A program made the translations under genes and the position numbers. Shown one piece after another: positions 11,755-23,028 of a stretch of DNA of 37,110 bases; position 1 is the stretch's first letter, and the number at the start of each line of letters is the position of its first letter. The stretch lies in contig JBDOQK010000060.1 of the NCBI GenBank assembly GCA_040437565.1, positions 186,001 to 223,110 of the forward strand, read 5' to 3'. The stretch comes from Albugo candida (lineage: Eukaryota). The notes beneath the pieces are model-generated. The model did no database searches and was not told where the DNA came from. It saw only the letters and a program-made list of their open reading frames with translations.

Positions 11755-12231
11755 TTAAATTGTGAGCTTTACCAGAAGCGCTGCTAAATACATTCGCAAT
11801 GTACACAGACAGCTTGCATGTATTCCGCGAATTCCGCACATACTGGATACGCGACCAGTTCTCTCAATGCCTTTTGATGTGTGTACGTAGCTGTTCAGAT
11901 TGAGCCTCAAACTCTTTTCAGCCTTCGAACAAAGATTGTTGGCTTTCAAATCTGCTTTACTCACCGAGTTCTCTGAATCGTAAATATAATCCAAGCACCT
12001 ATACACTACAGTAACTCCGGTCACTGAAGTACTCTTTTCCGCTGTTTTCGCTGTGTCAGTAATCTGGAATCCTTCTCTATAGACTTTGCAAGCGTGATAT
12101 AGGACTATCGATGTCTCATAGTAGAACAATCTCATTCGAGCAATATACTGAAGCGCAATCTTATCGCAGTTTGTCGTAGCTCCGATCAAAGAAGAAATAC
12201 ACAATAAGAATGTGGCCCTTGCATCGAACAT
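11755..12231 (-). CDS. Small Cys-containing putative secreted protein (158 aa), candidate effector
   Basis: The ATG at 12231 gives a signal-peptide-like start MFDARATFLLCISSLIGATT. 8 Cys, no intron needed, no recognisable domain; lies in the gene-sparse region. Confidence 0.5.
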   Translation of the reverse strand: MFDARATFLLCISSLIGATTNCDKIALQYIARMRLFYYETSIVLYHACKVYREGFQITDTAKTAEKSTSVTGVTVVYRCLDYIYDSENSVSKADLKANNLCSKAEKSLRLNLNSYVHTSKGIERTGRVSSMCGIRGIHASCLCTLRMYLAALLVKLTI

Positions 12232-13079
12232 GATTACATTAGGATCTTTGTTGACTCTGTAGTCCAACCTCTCGTTATGCTAGTGATAACTTATCTTCTT
12301 CCGATCCTACATGTCCTTCTAATTTTTTTGCGTCTGAGAGATCTCTCTATGATCGACTCATATCATCTTCCTGCTAGTTTCTGTATGATTGTGACGAGCC
12401 GTTACTTTTGTTTCTGTGGGCGCGTACTCTTAGTGCTTTTTTTGCACACAGGAACGTCTTCAAGTTTGCACCTGGTTCTCCTGGTCTGCTTCAAAAGATC
12501 GCTATGGTTTCATCAATAAATAAAATTTCTCACGATTGATACTAAACAGAAATATTCTCCGCGACTAATACGCATCTTCGCGATTACAGAGCTGAATTTT
12601 TTTTTTAAGTTTTGATGAATGAGTTTAAGTACGATAAAAGTAAACCATTTGTGTGAACACATAGCAAAGTTAAACCTTGCCATCACAGATAGGATTGGAG
12701 CTGGACAGTACTATCAGATCTGCAACGACCAATCATGCTCATGATCAACACTGGAGCCATGTATGGATGATCAAGTCACAACTCGTCAAACGTGTAGTTG
12801 GCCAGTAACTACGTGCATGCAAATTTTTTTCGGCAGTTATGTAACATGCAGTTATATGACACGAGACGAGCTGCCTCGGTTATTGTAAGTTTTCCAGCTG
12901 CGAGTTCTGTGTTGAGATTATCTCATGATACACACAGCTAACATTGTAATGTGGCTCAACTCCGAGGATGCAACTACAGCGACTGTAAGACGAGAAAAAA
13001 AGACTCGGGAGACGATGGCCTCTGTTCTAATAATGTATATTATACGATTATCCTTCTTGATGTATTTTCAGGGCTAAAT

Positions 13080-16000
13080 CAACCAGAATCTTTCCGATTA
13101 CAACACTTCGAAACCTTGTTACCTTGAAAATACTTGTTTCCCCGTCGACGATTATTAAAGGAGAATTCAACCTGCAATTGCCATGCTGACAAAGTACGTT
13201 CTCGATAATTTGGATAGTTGCCAGTAGGTTCGCATCTCATGTACCTACTGGTTAGGTAAAGGAATCATATTTACTTATTCTGAGATTAATACGTATTCTG
13301 TTATATTGTTCTATCAAGTTATTCACCCAGCAAAGAAGACAAGTACCGTACTGCGCATCTACGTGTCTCATCAACATATTCACGGTTTGCTTGCATACTC
13401 GCAATTTACGGTTGCGATGATTTGAAAACGTTGAAATTTATTCACTTAGCTAGGCGTGCAACCTTACTGCATGCTGAAGATTCGCATAAAGAATTGCACA
13501 AATATAGAATGCACATATGGCTAGGTAAGGCTAATGATTACGTTACCACTCAGCTTTTTGCATTTTTTTCCATACTCTCGAAAAGGGTTTTCTTTTCAGT
13601 TACCGACGTGAGACACGTGTTCTATTACATTAAAGTTGTTCATTTGCAGGAAAAGAACGAGCACGGTACATTACACCTTTGTGTCTCACCTGCCTGTCGT
13701 AGGTTCGCTTCCATCCAACCTTTCTATGTATATTCACTCACAGATATTGCCTAACCAACTTTTAAATATGCGCTTGGGCAGAACTTTTCACAATTGAACG
13801 GCGGGAAATAATTTAAGCTGTGAGCTACCATTGGTTGAGCTGGTCGTTGAGACCATAAATCATTTGACAATTACTTGATCATAATCCAATACTCGAGCGA
13901 TACCAACCTGATGAAGATTCATAAAGTGAAATCGTGGTGCTTCAGCACGCTTGGCTTTCTTTCATCCTTCTACCGTCTTTTAGGCGGAACACGCATGGAC
14001 TTGATTAAAAATCTCACGTTCAACAGGGATAAATTACCTTTCGGGGTGGAGTTGGAAATAGCCTCGATAAAGATACATATGATTTGCAGTTAGTGGCCTT
14101 TTTCATTGATGGGAATACTGATCCTCTTACTGCTTTCACAAGCTGCGATTCTGGTATAACGGTAGTAAAGGCTTATCACCCTGTCGCTTCGTACCGTGTA
14201 GTCCTACCCAAAAAATACATGGACACGATTTCCAGGTTGATTCCTAATCCTGACAGTGTGTCTCTTGAAATCAACCACTGTTGGGTAGTGACGAACGCGT
14301 TTATGGAAAATAGAGGTCAAGATGTGTATGTGTATCCACAGAATAATCAGCTCCACTCGCCCCGTTTTCCACTTCTTCATCCTCTCGAATTTACCAAGCT
14401 TTCTCAATCAACAAATGTTTTTTCACTTGATCTGACAGTTTCTGAATCGGAAAAACTCTATATGGAGGACATTTCTACTGAAGCTGATTCTGCGTTCATA
14501 AACCTCGAGGATGTAACAGTCAAATTCTGTGGTCAGACGTTTCCACACCAGTTCGTGAATCTTTGTTTACATTCCGGACGAGACGTAATACCACATGAAG
14601 CTTTAGCTCTTTATATTAAGGAGCTCGATCAGCATGGTTGGACAAAGGGTGAAGGTGGACACATCTTTAAGAGCAGAGCTCGTGCATACCAAAAGGTTGA
14701 ACTCCCAGTTAGTGGTGGCTTTGAGATAAAAAACTCAGCAATCGTCTTTATCAACGAACCTAAAAGCAATCTTGACGATACGCAAGTGGCTTTCTCGAAG
14801 GCCCCGGGAGAGACTTCGAATACGAACCCGATTTGGAGCTTAAATTTGAATAACATGAAGAACGCTCTCATCATTATGAAATGGCCTGGCGACTCAGAGT
14901 GTAAATTCATTTTCCCACAAAGGAGCACTAAAGAGGAGTCGTTGTGTCGTATCTGCTAGGTGCGTTGCACCATCCTGCTTGTTGAAGAAGGTGCCAGGAA
15001 GTTGAGAAGGCTGAAGAATACGTGATAGATCGATACTAGGACACGATGAATGCTATACACATAGTCAAATTTTCAATTCTGCTTTCCATCTTTTATTGTA
15101 CACTCAATCGTAAGACTTCTTACTATTGCGCAGTGCAGGCTCTCTTGATAAACTTCTGGTCGTGGCATCGTCACTACTTGAATACCCCGAACCTATACAA
15201 ACTTCCGGTACATTCGTGTTTCCACTGACATTCGCGATCTATATCCCGTATTCAGTTGATCGGCATGCAAATGAATAACGCACGTATTTCCAAAAAAATA
15301 GACCGAAAAAATGTTCTTCTCGAAGGGAAGTACATCTGGAAAGCACGGACGCTAATTTCAACTACAATTGTATGACAATAATGGCTCCGCTTTCTCTAAT
15401 ATCCAACTTTTTGGATGAAGTCGATGGGTGAGAAGTATGACTTTTGAATGCAAATACCTCAAGAAGTGATATCGAAAGGTCGCTGCCATCTCCATCAGAA
15501 CTCAATATCCAAGCCGCACAGCTTCGCCGTGCATGTTCCGCTTGTACTAGCTGGGCTATGATGAATATCCGCGTGAATCTTTGGAAGCAGCCATTTTACT
15601 TCATGGAAGAAGTAAACAATAGATTGCGTGCGTTGATATCACAATTGAACCATGCCGGATGAAGAAACCAGATTAGTAGATTGCTTCGCCCATATTTAAA
15701 ACAAGAAAAAAAGAGCAGTACAGTACAGCGCATTGCTATCGATCGAGTGACGCCACTCCATTATACTTGTCCAAGATTGATGAAAGAAGGCCCGCAGTTA
15801 TGTATTCAGCCAAAATGTGAAATTGCGACAAAGATATATGTTTAGGTCGCATTAAACAGTATGATTCGGAGGCAGATCTAACATATTCTTCATCAATACT
15901 CGATCAAGCCAGCTAAAAAAGATCCAGCCACGTATTGCCAACCTTGTAGTTGCCCAGTCACCGTGAGAGTAGCAGAATCCGGCTTTGGTAGCTGCAAACC

Positions 16001-17160
16001 AATCAGCGTTATCAGATACAAGACGAGGAGATCGATTGTTCCGAGACTTCACTTACAGCTGAGATAGTCATTTATGGAAAAGGAACGATCTCACAACGAC
16101 TATCATCATAGTCTATAAAAACACTGAGAATGCAACAACAGCGGTCGGAAATTGATTCATACGCGTACCAGGTACCTACCTTGTTGTTATGGATGCAGCT
16201 GTACCAAAATCCTTTTTGCTTCTACGAGACCGACTCGTGCGAGTGTGCGCAAAATGTAGTCATCGTCTACCCCTTGACAAGCTTTGCTTCAGTTGTCATG
16301 ATCATAGCCTGCTTGACTTGGTTTTCATACAAATCTCACAAAACAGATTATGAGCGTTCTAGCAGAATTGCCAAGATCATCCTTCAGCAGCGTGTCGAGT
16401 CTGCAAAACATCGATATTGTCATCTTTTGCTGCAATCTACTGTGTATCAGATACTCGTGTTGTGGAAAGCAAAACATAAATAATTTGTCGTCGCATGTTG
16501 ATATCCTACATGAACGGCTGCAAGGTGTCATTACTCAACTTCTCCTTTCGGTCCCATCATTTGCATGGATTGAGTAAGGCTCCACAAACAACAAAAATAT
16601 GATCGTCATCAAGCTTTTTTTTACCTTTTCCTTGATCGTACCAATACAGATCAATCTTGTTACGGGACTTCAAAAGAAGCAAGAGCTCCGTACAAAGGCG
16701 GGAAAAGTTGCCTTTGTCTGAACTCCAATCGTCGGTGAGGCCATTGCTGATGCAGCATGTCGGACACCTAAATGATTGGCTTCAATTTTCAGTTTGCCAA
16801 TAGTGGAATTGACACCGTCAGCAGATCTCACCGCAACATCGGATAATCGTCTAGAGAAGCGTGTTGACTTGGAGATTATAATCTATCACAGGCTATGGGT
16901 TGACTAGGACGAACGGAAGAACATCGTGCTTGCTTGCTCACTTCGTTGACGTTCTAGCAAATAAATATTCTCCAACGATGAGGCTGTTCTGCAAGTCTTT
17001 CTGCACCAAGCCGTGGAACACGCAAATGATACATGTACTCGGCGACAGATTTATCGAATAATTTCCATTCAGTTGCAAGTGAGAGGATTATGGAACATGA
17101 GATGTGGTTTTTTACACATTAAATTTGTAAGATGTAGAAATCGATCGACTTTGAAGATGT
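13080..17160 (+). repeat. Diverged segmental duplication, unit A (homologous to about 18970-22650)
   Basis: Colinear shared words: AGGCGTGCAAC 13452/19111, GTAGGTTCGCTTCCAT 13699/19342, TTTAAGCTGTG 13812/19506, TGCGACAAAG 15824/21574, TGTCGAGTCT 16393/22075, CACATTAAATT 17115/22605, plus the paralogous ORFs. Boundaries are approximate. Confidence 0.8.
13911..14959 (+). pseudogene. Secreted pepsin-fold-like protein, copy A, with one frameshift near 14064-14080 (pseudogene or sequencing error)
   Basis: The ORF from ATG 13911 (MKIHKVKSWCFSTLGFLSSFYRLLGG...FGVELEIAS) continues in another frame (DKDTYDLQLVAFFIDGNTDP... to stop 14959). The joined product of about 349 aa aligns end to end with the 19604-20728 protein. 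No intron of plausible length bridges the frames. Confidence 0.7.
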
Positions 17161-19603
17161 CATAATCATTCTCGAGACGCTGTATCATCTGAATGTGATT
17201 TATCCTATTCGTTCCATGAAGCGCGAATGCTGATGGACTGCATGTTCACGCGATAATATAATGCCTTACTACTCATTCAGAAGCAATAGCAAACGGTGCG
17301 TCAGAGAAATCGGTAGGATCGCGGTAGAATGCGGTATCATGACCGAGTAAATACCGTGAGCACGAGATACCGGTACTACAGCGTCATTGAACCCGTCCAT
17401 GATATTGTGCGTATTCCTCGTTGAATCCACACTGAGAGGCGATAGAAACAAACGTGCTACAGCTACATACCATTGAAAAATTGCGCAAATCAAAGGTGCA
17501 ATCAATCTATGGGATGGAATGATAACAAAAGGATACAGTCACCCGTTTGATGTTACACGGGTTATTGCTGTGTTGCTTGCTGCATCGAAAATATAAATTG
17601 AGAACTACCTTGAATTTCTAAATGTCCGAATACATCGTTCTATTCTGCTAGTATTACCTTTATGTGATCTCCAGCTCGTGTGTACATACCACGTGATGCA
17701 ATCAGGCTGATTCCGTGCGTTGACTACGCCTCAAAATTGATGTTTCGGTGCAAAAGCGCTTTGCGAGAAGCATGGGACAAATAGTCGCATACTCGCTGCA
17801 TCCAATTTTGTCGAAAGTTGAATCGGATGAGCGTTTCCTTGAACATGATTGGCAATCAAATCTTGTGTTAAGAAAATACACAACTCCCTGTCCGTTTCTT
17901 TTTATCTAGAGCACGAAGTGTGGATACTACAGCCCTCCTTGTTTTGTTGCACTTCAATTTGGTATCATCTCCAACTCTCTAAATTGCCGTAAGTCTTTAA
18001 AACTATATAACTTTCGCTTTTTGTATATAAGTGGCTAGCATTTTCGAGGTGTGCATGTACTTTGATGCAAGAGTGAACTTGGGTCGAACGTTGACAACCA
18101 TAACCTGTATTGACGACAAGGGGATCTGGTCTTTCACGTTACTCATTCGCTGACCAGTTTGTTGCTCCATGCAACTATTTGTGGGCTACCTTTGATGCTA
18201 GTACAAAGTCTGTTGCCATACCAATGGTGATTCTGATTGCTGTGTCTTTTATAATTGGTACTTCATTCGTAAGGAATGTTGTACCTGAAATGTCTCGTAT
18301 GATTCCATAGTCTACTAAATAATTTAAATTTAGAAATGCATCAGACTAAATCTCCTGAGATATCACGCGTACTTTACCACCCCAATAGAGCCTGAGGTTC
18401 TTTGTACACTTGAAAGTTCAGTCTTCAACCCTGTGACCAGTACAGTATTGCGTCAGGCCATCTTGTAAAGTGCATAATTAATTCTTGGACGGCTGCATGA
18501 AGAAAACGTAATAGTCCTTTGCTTGTTCGGATCCATCTCGAATTTTTTAAAGTCGATGCTTTAAACTTGGGGTAATTTGGACCGTAAGGCGTGGATCCGG
18601 ATGATCTTGATACAAAGCAATCTTCGAGCGTATATTGACGGCTCGAGATCCAAAGTTATTTATCTTGTCCGCCACAGAAAATGCTTGTGCCCAAGAAATT
18701 GACGACTGATTCAGGGCTTCCTGTCGGAATTTTTAAGCGGAATTGAAAGGTCGGGGCAATCGCCATCCATTCAGCAATTATACATTTGCTATCCAATCGG
18801 ATCCCAGTAAGTGAAAGTGGCATTGAAGTGGGGGTGCAATAATGATTATATGGAGCGGATTGCAGTCTACCAGGAAGTCTGATTGATATACCGAGCGATG
18901 AAAAGAGCACGACTAATTGCTCCAAAATTTGCGCTTTTCAATTGGTGACTTTATCGACTGTAATTTTTACAAACCGGACTTACCTTACTACAACGGCTTT
19001 ATAGACTTGATTATTTAAGCGTGTAGCGCCCAAGCTCACAAGTACGCTTTTGCTCATTCGAATACTTTTTGCTGGAGGTGTGCAACATAGACTTATCGAG
19101 ACGTTACTTGAGGCGTGCAACATACTGTGATGTCAGAGGTTCGCATCAATATTCGCGAAAATGTAGAATGTATAAACTGACTAAGATAAGGCTATTGACT
19201 AGGTCCAAACTGTTGCAATTTTCTTTCTATACTAATAAAAATGTTTCTTTATTCAGTCATTTAGACGAAAATACATATTTGAATAGTGAAGTTGTTGAAT
19301 CAGCAAGGCGACTGTGCACCTTTGCGTCTCAACTGCCTGATGTAGGTTCGCTTCCATGCTCGCAAAAGTACGGTCCGATACTCGACAAAGTTGCCTGTTT
19401 GTTTACTATGCAGCGTATGCAATCTTTTTGTAAACACTCACAAATAGAATCTGAACATGTTGAATACGCGATTGGGCTGAACTCGGAAGTCAACGTTCGG
19501 AATAGTTTAAGCTGTGCGCTTCCATATTCTGAGCTGCTGATCTAATTCATAAATCGTCAAAGAAGTTTCCTCATAATCCGATAATCGATCGACAGTCAAC
19601 ACG

Positions 19604-20728
19604 ATGACGAATTTTCTACTCAATACGTGTTTTATCACCATGCTTGGCTTCTCGTCAACGTATTACTCACTTGTGAGCGGTGAATACATGAGGTTAATCC
19701 AACAATCAGCGGGAGACAGCACATTCGCATGGGGGCTGAGAGTAGAAATTGCAAAGACATCAACAAAACCATCTTTTGCAATGGCGTTCTACATGGAAGA
19801 GGAGAAAAACCCTACAGTTGTTCTTAAACGCTGCTTTCCTAATGAGGATATCAGTTTGGAGCTTACTAATGAATTCTCTATCCATTCACCAAGATACAGA
19901 ATACAGCCATTAGATCACGAATCCTCCCTTGAGCGAGACCATCACTATGAACCACCAAGTCTGGAAAATCCGCAACATGGAAATGTCATGAGGAAGAAAT
20001 CGATATTCGGTTGTTGGAGACTTTCTCAGCGGCGACTCATTAAAATGGTGGACGATGGACAGATACTGCGCACGGGTATTGATATGGATCATATGTATTC
20101 CCCGGCTGACACCACCTATCTTGATCCCGACGCGTTGATAGAGCTCTCTACCGAAGACACGTACTCATTTGTCTTGCGTGACGATGTTCCAATCGTTTTT
20201 GGTCGAGACATTTCCGAGAGCACTCCACAAGCCGTTGAGTTTATACCAGAGAGAGAACTGGTATTTCCGAAAATATCATTCGATCATCAGTCCTATTATG
20301 CACAACACGTGAGATTTTCTTTCGGCAATGATGTGATCAAACTACCTGAAATACCTTATGAAGAGGTCTTGGAAAAGCTCGAGAAGGAAGGTTACACTTC
20401 AGTTGAAGAGGGGAGAAACAAGCGGATAACTAAGGCCAACCCTGATGATATGACGGAAGTAAAAATACTGGAAATTACCATTCCAGCTATCACAGAGCAA
20501 GTGTCAATTCACTTGATGACGCTGAAGGAGGTGAAATGTCTCCTAAGCAGTACTGAATACTGGGTTCTGGGCATTAAATCTTTGTGGATGTATGATATCA
20601 TCATCGATACAATGGGCGGCATGAGATCGTATAAAATCACCCCTCACAAGCACAATAATCTCGGCAAAGCATCAAATGAGGAGAGCACAGCAGAGACAAG
20701 CACAAAGAGGATGAGACTGAACATGTGA
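19604..20728 (+). CDS. Secreted pepsin-fold-like protein lacking catalytic aspartates, copy B (374 aa), candidate effector
   Basis: Intact single-exon ORF with a signal-peptide-like start MTNFLLNTCFITMLGFSSTYYSLVSG; paralog of copy A. Pepsin-like blocks: WGLRVEIA, DTYSFVL..IVFGRDIS, FSFGNDVIKLP..YEEVLEKL, YWVLGIKSLWMYDIIID. Basic tail KRMRL. The ORF is well supported; the fold call is inference. Confidence 0.75.
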   Translation: MTNFLLNTCFITMLGFSSTYYSLVSGEYMRLIQQSAGDSTFAWGLRVEIAKTSTKPSFAMAFYMEEEKNPTVVLKRCFPNEDISLELTNEFSIHSPRYRIQPLDHESSLERDHHYEPPSLENPQHGNVMRKKSIFGCWRLSQRRLIKMVDDGQILRTGIDMDHMYSPADTTYLDPDALIELSTEDTYSFVLRDDVPIVFGRDISESTPQAVEFIPERELVFPKISFDHQSYYAQHVRFSFGNDVIKLPEIPYEEVLEKLEKEGYTSVEEGRNKRITKANPDDMTEVKILEITIPAITEQVSIHLMTLKEVKCLLSSTEYWVLGIKSLWMYDIIIDTMGGMRSYKITPHKHNNLGKASNEESTAETSTKRMRLNM

Positions 20729-22103
20729 TTACCAAGTTCGTGACACCATGCTACTTGTGCGAAAACTCACATGAAATCCAACTGCCCCATAATCATGAGC
20801 TAGGTCGCTTTAATGACAAGATCAAAGAATAATACACATTCAGGATTTGACTTCATGCGCTCAACCTTCTATCGTCGACGCAGTCGCATACTTCTTCGTG
20901 ACGCCATCTTGAGCTAAAAAAGCGCTCCTGTTGTAGAAAATAGTTCCAATTCTACACAGTTCATCCGTGTAAATGCCTTACTCGAAGACCGCATTCTTTA
21001 CACTTTTATGCCTTTCCACATCCTATATGGCAGAGCGATGATAATCATACAACTAGTGTTGTGTTCTTGGTCTCTTGAGCTTTCCTCGAGACAAATAGAC
21101 CGAGAAATAGCCCTTCTCCATGGGTAATGCACCACCAGCGCATATTTCACTACCATGAATAGACTTCTAGTTGTATGATTATTGTACCTCTTTTTTCGAA
21201 AGACAGAATTTCAAGTGTCAAGTTTGAATGCAACTTTATCAAAATGTACTGCCAATGCTCGCTGTCGTCGTCACCAGGAGTGATCCCATATGCAAATCTC
21301 CTGCTGTGCACAATTCATCTACCCCCGTCATGCTAATTTTTGCTTACTTCTTTGAATTCATGCAGTATAACATCATCCGATGATTTATCAATACATTGCC
21401 TGCTGTGATCTCACGAGATTATCATGCGATCTAGAAAGCGAGAGGACTTGATCACTTCACACGTGTCGAAGCAATTGATCTAGCTTGCATCAGCCCGAGT
21501 GATACCATCCATTATTTCTTGCCGAAGAATGTGGATAAGTACCCAAAATCCATGCTTCATCACAACATGGGACTGCGACAAAGTTTGATGTCTAGGTCGC
21601 TTTAAGGAGTTTTTATTATCAGGGTGAATGAAGGGGCAAGTATTTGCAGTTCAGAAGTGAAATGTGGCTGGTAAACTCTTTTCGCAATTTCCGGAAAAGC
21701 GTAAATTATCGGCTGACACCCAGACCTGCTTGATTAGATCCAGCCGCATTCCGTCAAGTGTGCAGTTGGCGAGCCACCGGTTCATTACAATATCATTCCT
21801 TTAGAGTTTCAAAACATGTAGGATTTAAACGCAGTGGTCAGAAGTCTCATGATACACGTGAGACGTACCCCTTTGTCGTCATCGATGTATATTGCACCAT
21901 AATCTTCCTAGAGGAACTATTACAATACCCATTCAGGCTCAATATTTGCAACCATTTCGTCACCGTCTACCATTTGATCAGCTTGACATAGTTTATGTTA
22001 TACTCCAATTCTTTTGAATTGATTTTAATGTAAATTTCACAGCACAAAATCTTCAATATCATCTCCTTGCAGCATGTCGAGTCTTGACAGTATGAATATG
22101 ACT

Positions 22104-22535
22104 CCGTGCAATGTCAAAATTGTATAATTTTGCCATATTTTCATTGTATGCGATACATCGTCGTACAGACCACAATATCACATATCAACTCCTTTTATGA
22201 AATTGCCAGACATACGTCCGCATGGAGTCTTCACTCAGCTTCATTTCAATCGATAGAATGAAATTATGCNNNNNNNNNNNNNNNNNNNNNNNNNNNNNNN
22301 NNNNNNNNNNNNNNNNNNNNNNNNNNNNNNNNNNNNNNNNNNNNNNNNNNNNNNNNNNNNNNNNNNNNNCCGTGCAATGTCAAAATTGTATAATTTTGCC
22401 ATATTTTCATTGTATGCGATACATCGTCGTACAGACCACAATATCACATATCAACTCCTTTTATGAAATTGCCAGACATACGTCCGCATGGAGTCTTCAC
22501 TCAGCTTCATTTCAATCGATAGAATGAAATTATGC
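22104..22535. other. Assembly artefact: 166-bp exact direct repeat (22104-22269 = 22370-22535) flanking a 100-N gap
   Basis: Identical sequence on each side of the N run 22270-22369. Confidence 0.93.
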
Positions 22536-23028
22536 TATCAAAGCCTTTGGAACTCTTTACTTATGAATTAAAGAGACTGGAATAGATGTATACTCCACTT
22601 TCTTCACATTAAATTGTTACGAAGAATGCAGTCCTTTGATGTATTTGTAGAAGAAATGATCCAAGTATGCAACGATACACTGAAAGAGAGCACAGCTCCA
22701 TGACTATACTTCACAGCAATCATCGATATAAAGCAAAAAGAGCGATTACGAAGAGGTCTGGTAAGTCAAAGGCAAGACGAGGTCTTAAACGTCATACCAA
22801 TAGTACGTCTAAGCTCACTACAACAAAGTTTCCTTGTGAAGTGAATGCTTGGATCGAACCTGATAAGTTATGTATGTAGCACTATACCAGATTCTACCTA
22901 CCTTACTACGTACTTTCCAGGCATCAAATTCGCTGATGGTTCTCAAGAATTAGAATATGCGTGCAAAAATACTTCGATCATGGAAGATTACGGCCACGTG
23001 AGATGAAGTAAAGTCAATTGTAATGTCA

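Larger units (their letters stand above)
18970..22650 (+). repeat. Diverged segmental duplication, unit B (homologous to about 13080-17160)
   Basis: Same colinear anchors as unit A at an offset of about 5.5-5.9 kb. Boundaries are approximate. Confidence 0.8.

Noticed and set aside
16599-16720. CorA/ALR-like TM motif (INLVTGL)
   Set aside because: The diagnostic GMN motif is absent and the match is too short.
13422-19545. ORFs 13422-13754 and 19069-19545 as genes
   Set aside because: Both have non-ATG starts. They occupy homologous promoter DNA, yet the reading frames are not consistently conserved between the copies.
22104-22535. 166-bp direct repeat resembling LTRs or a duplication
   Set aside because: An exact copy flanking a 100-N gap; scaffolding artefact.
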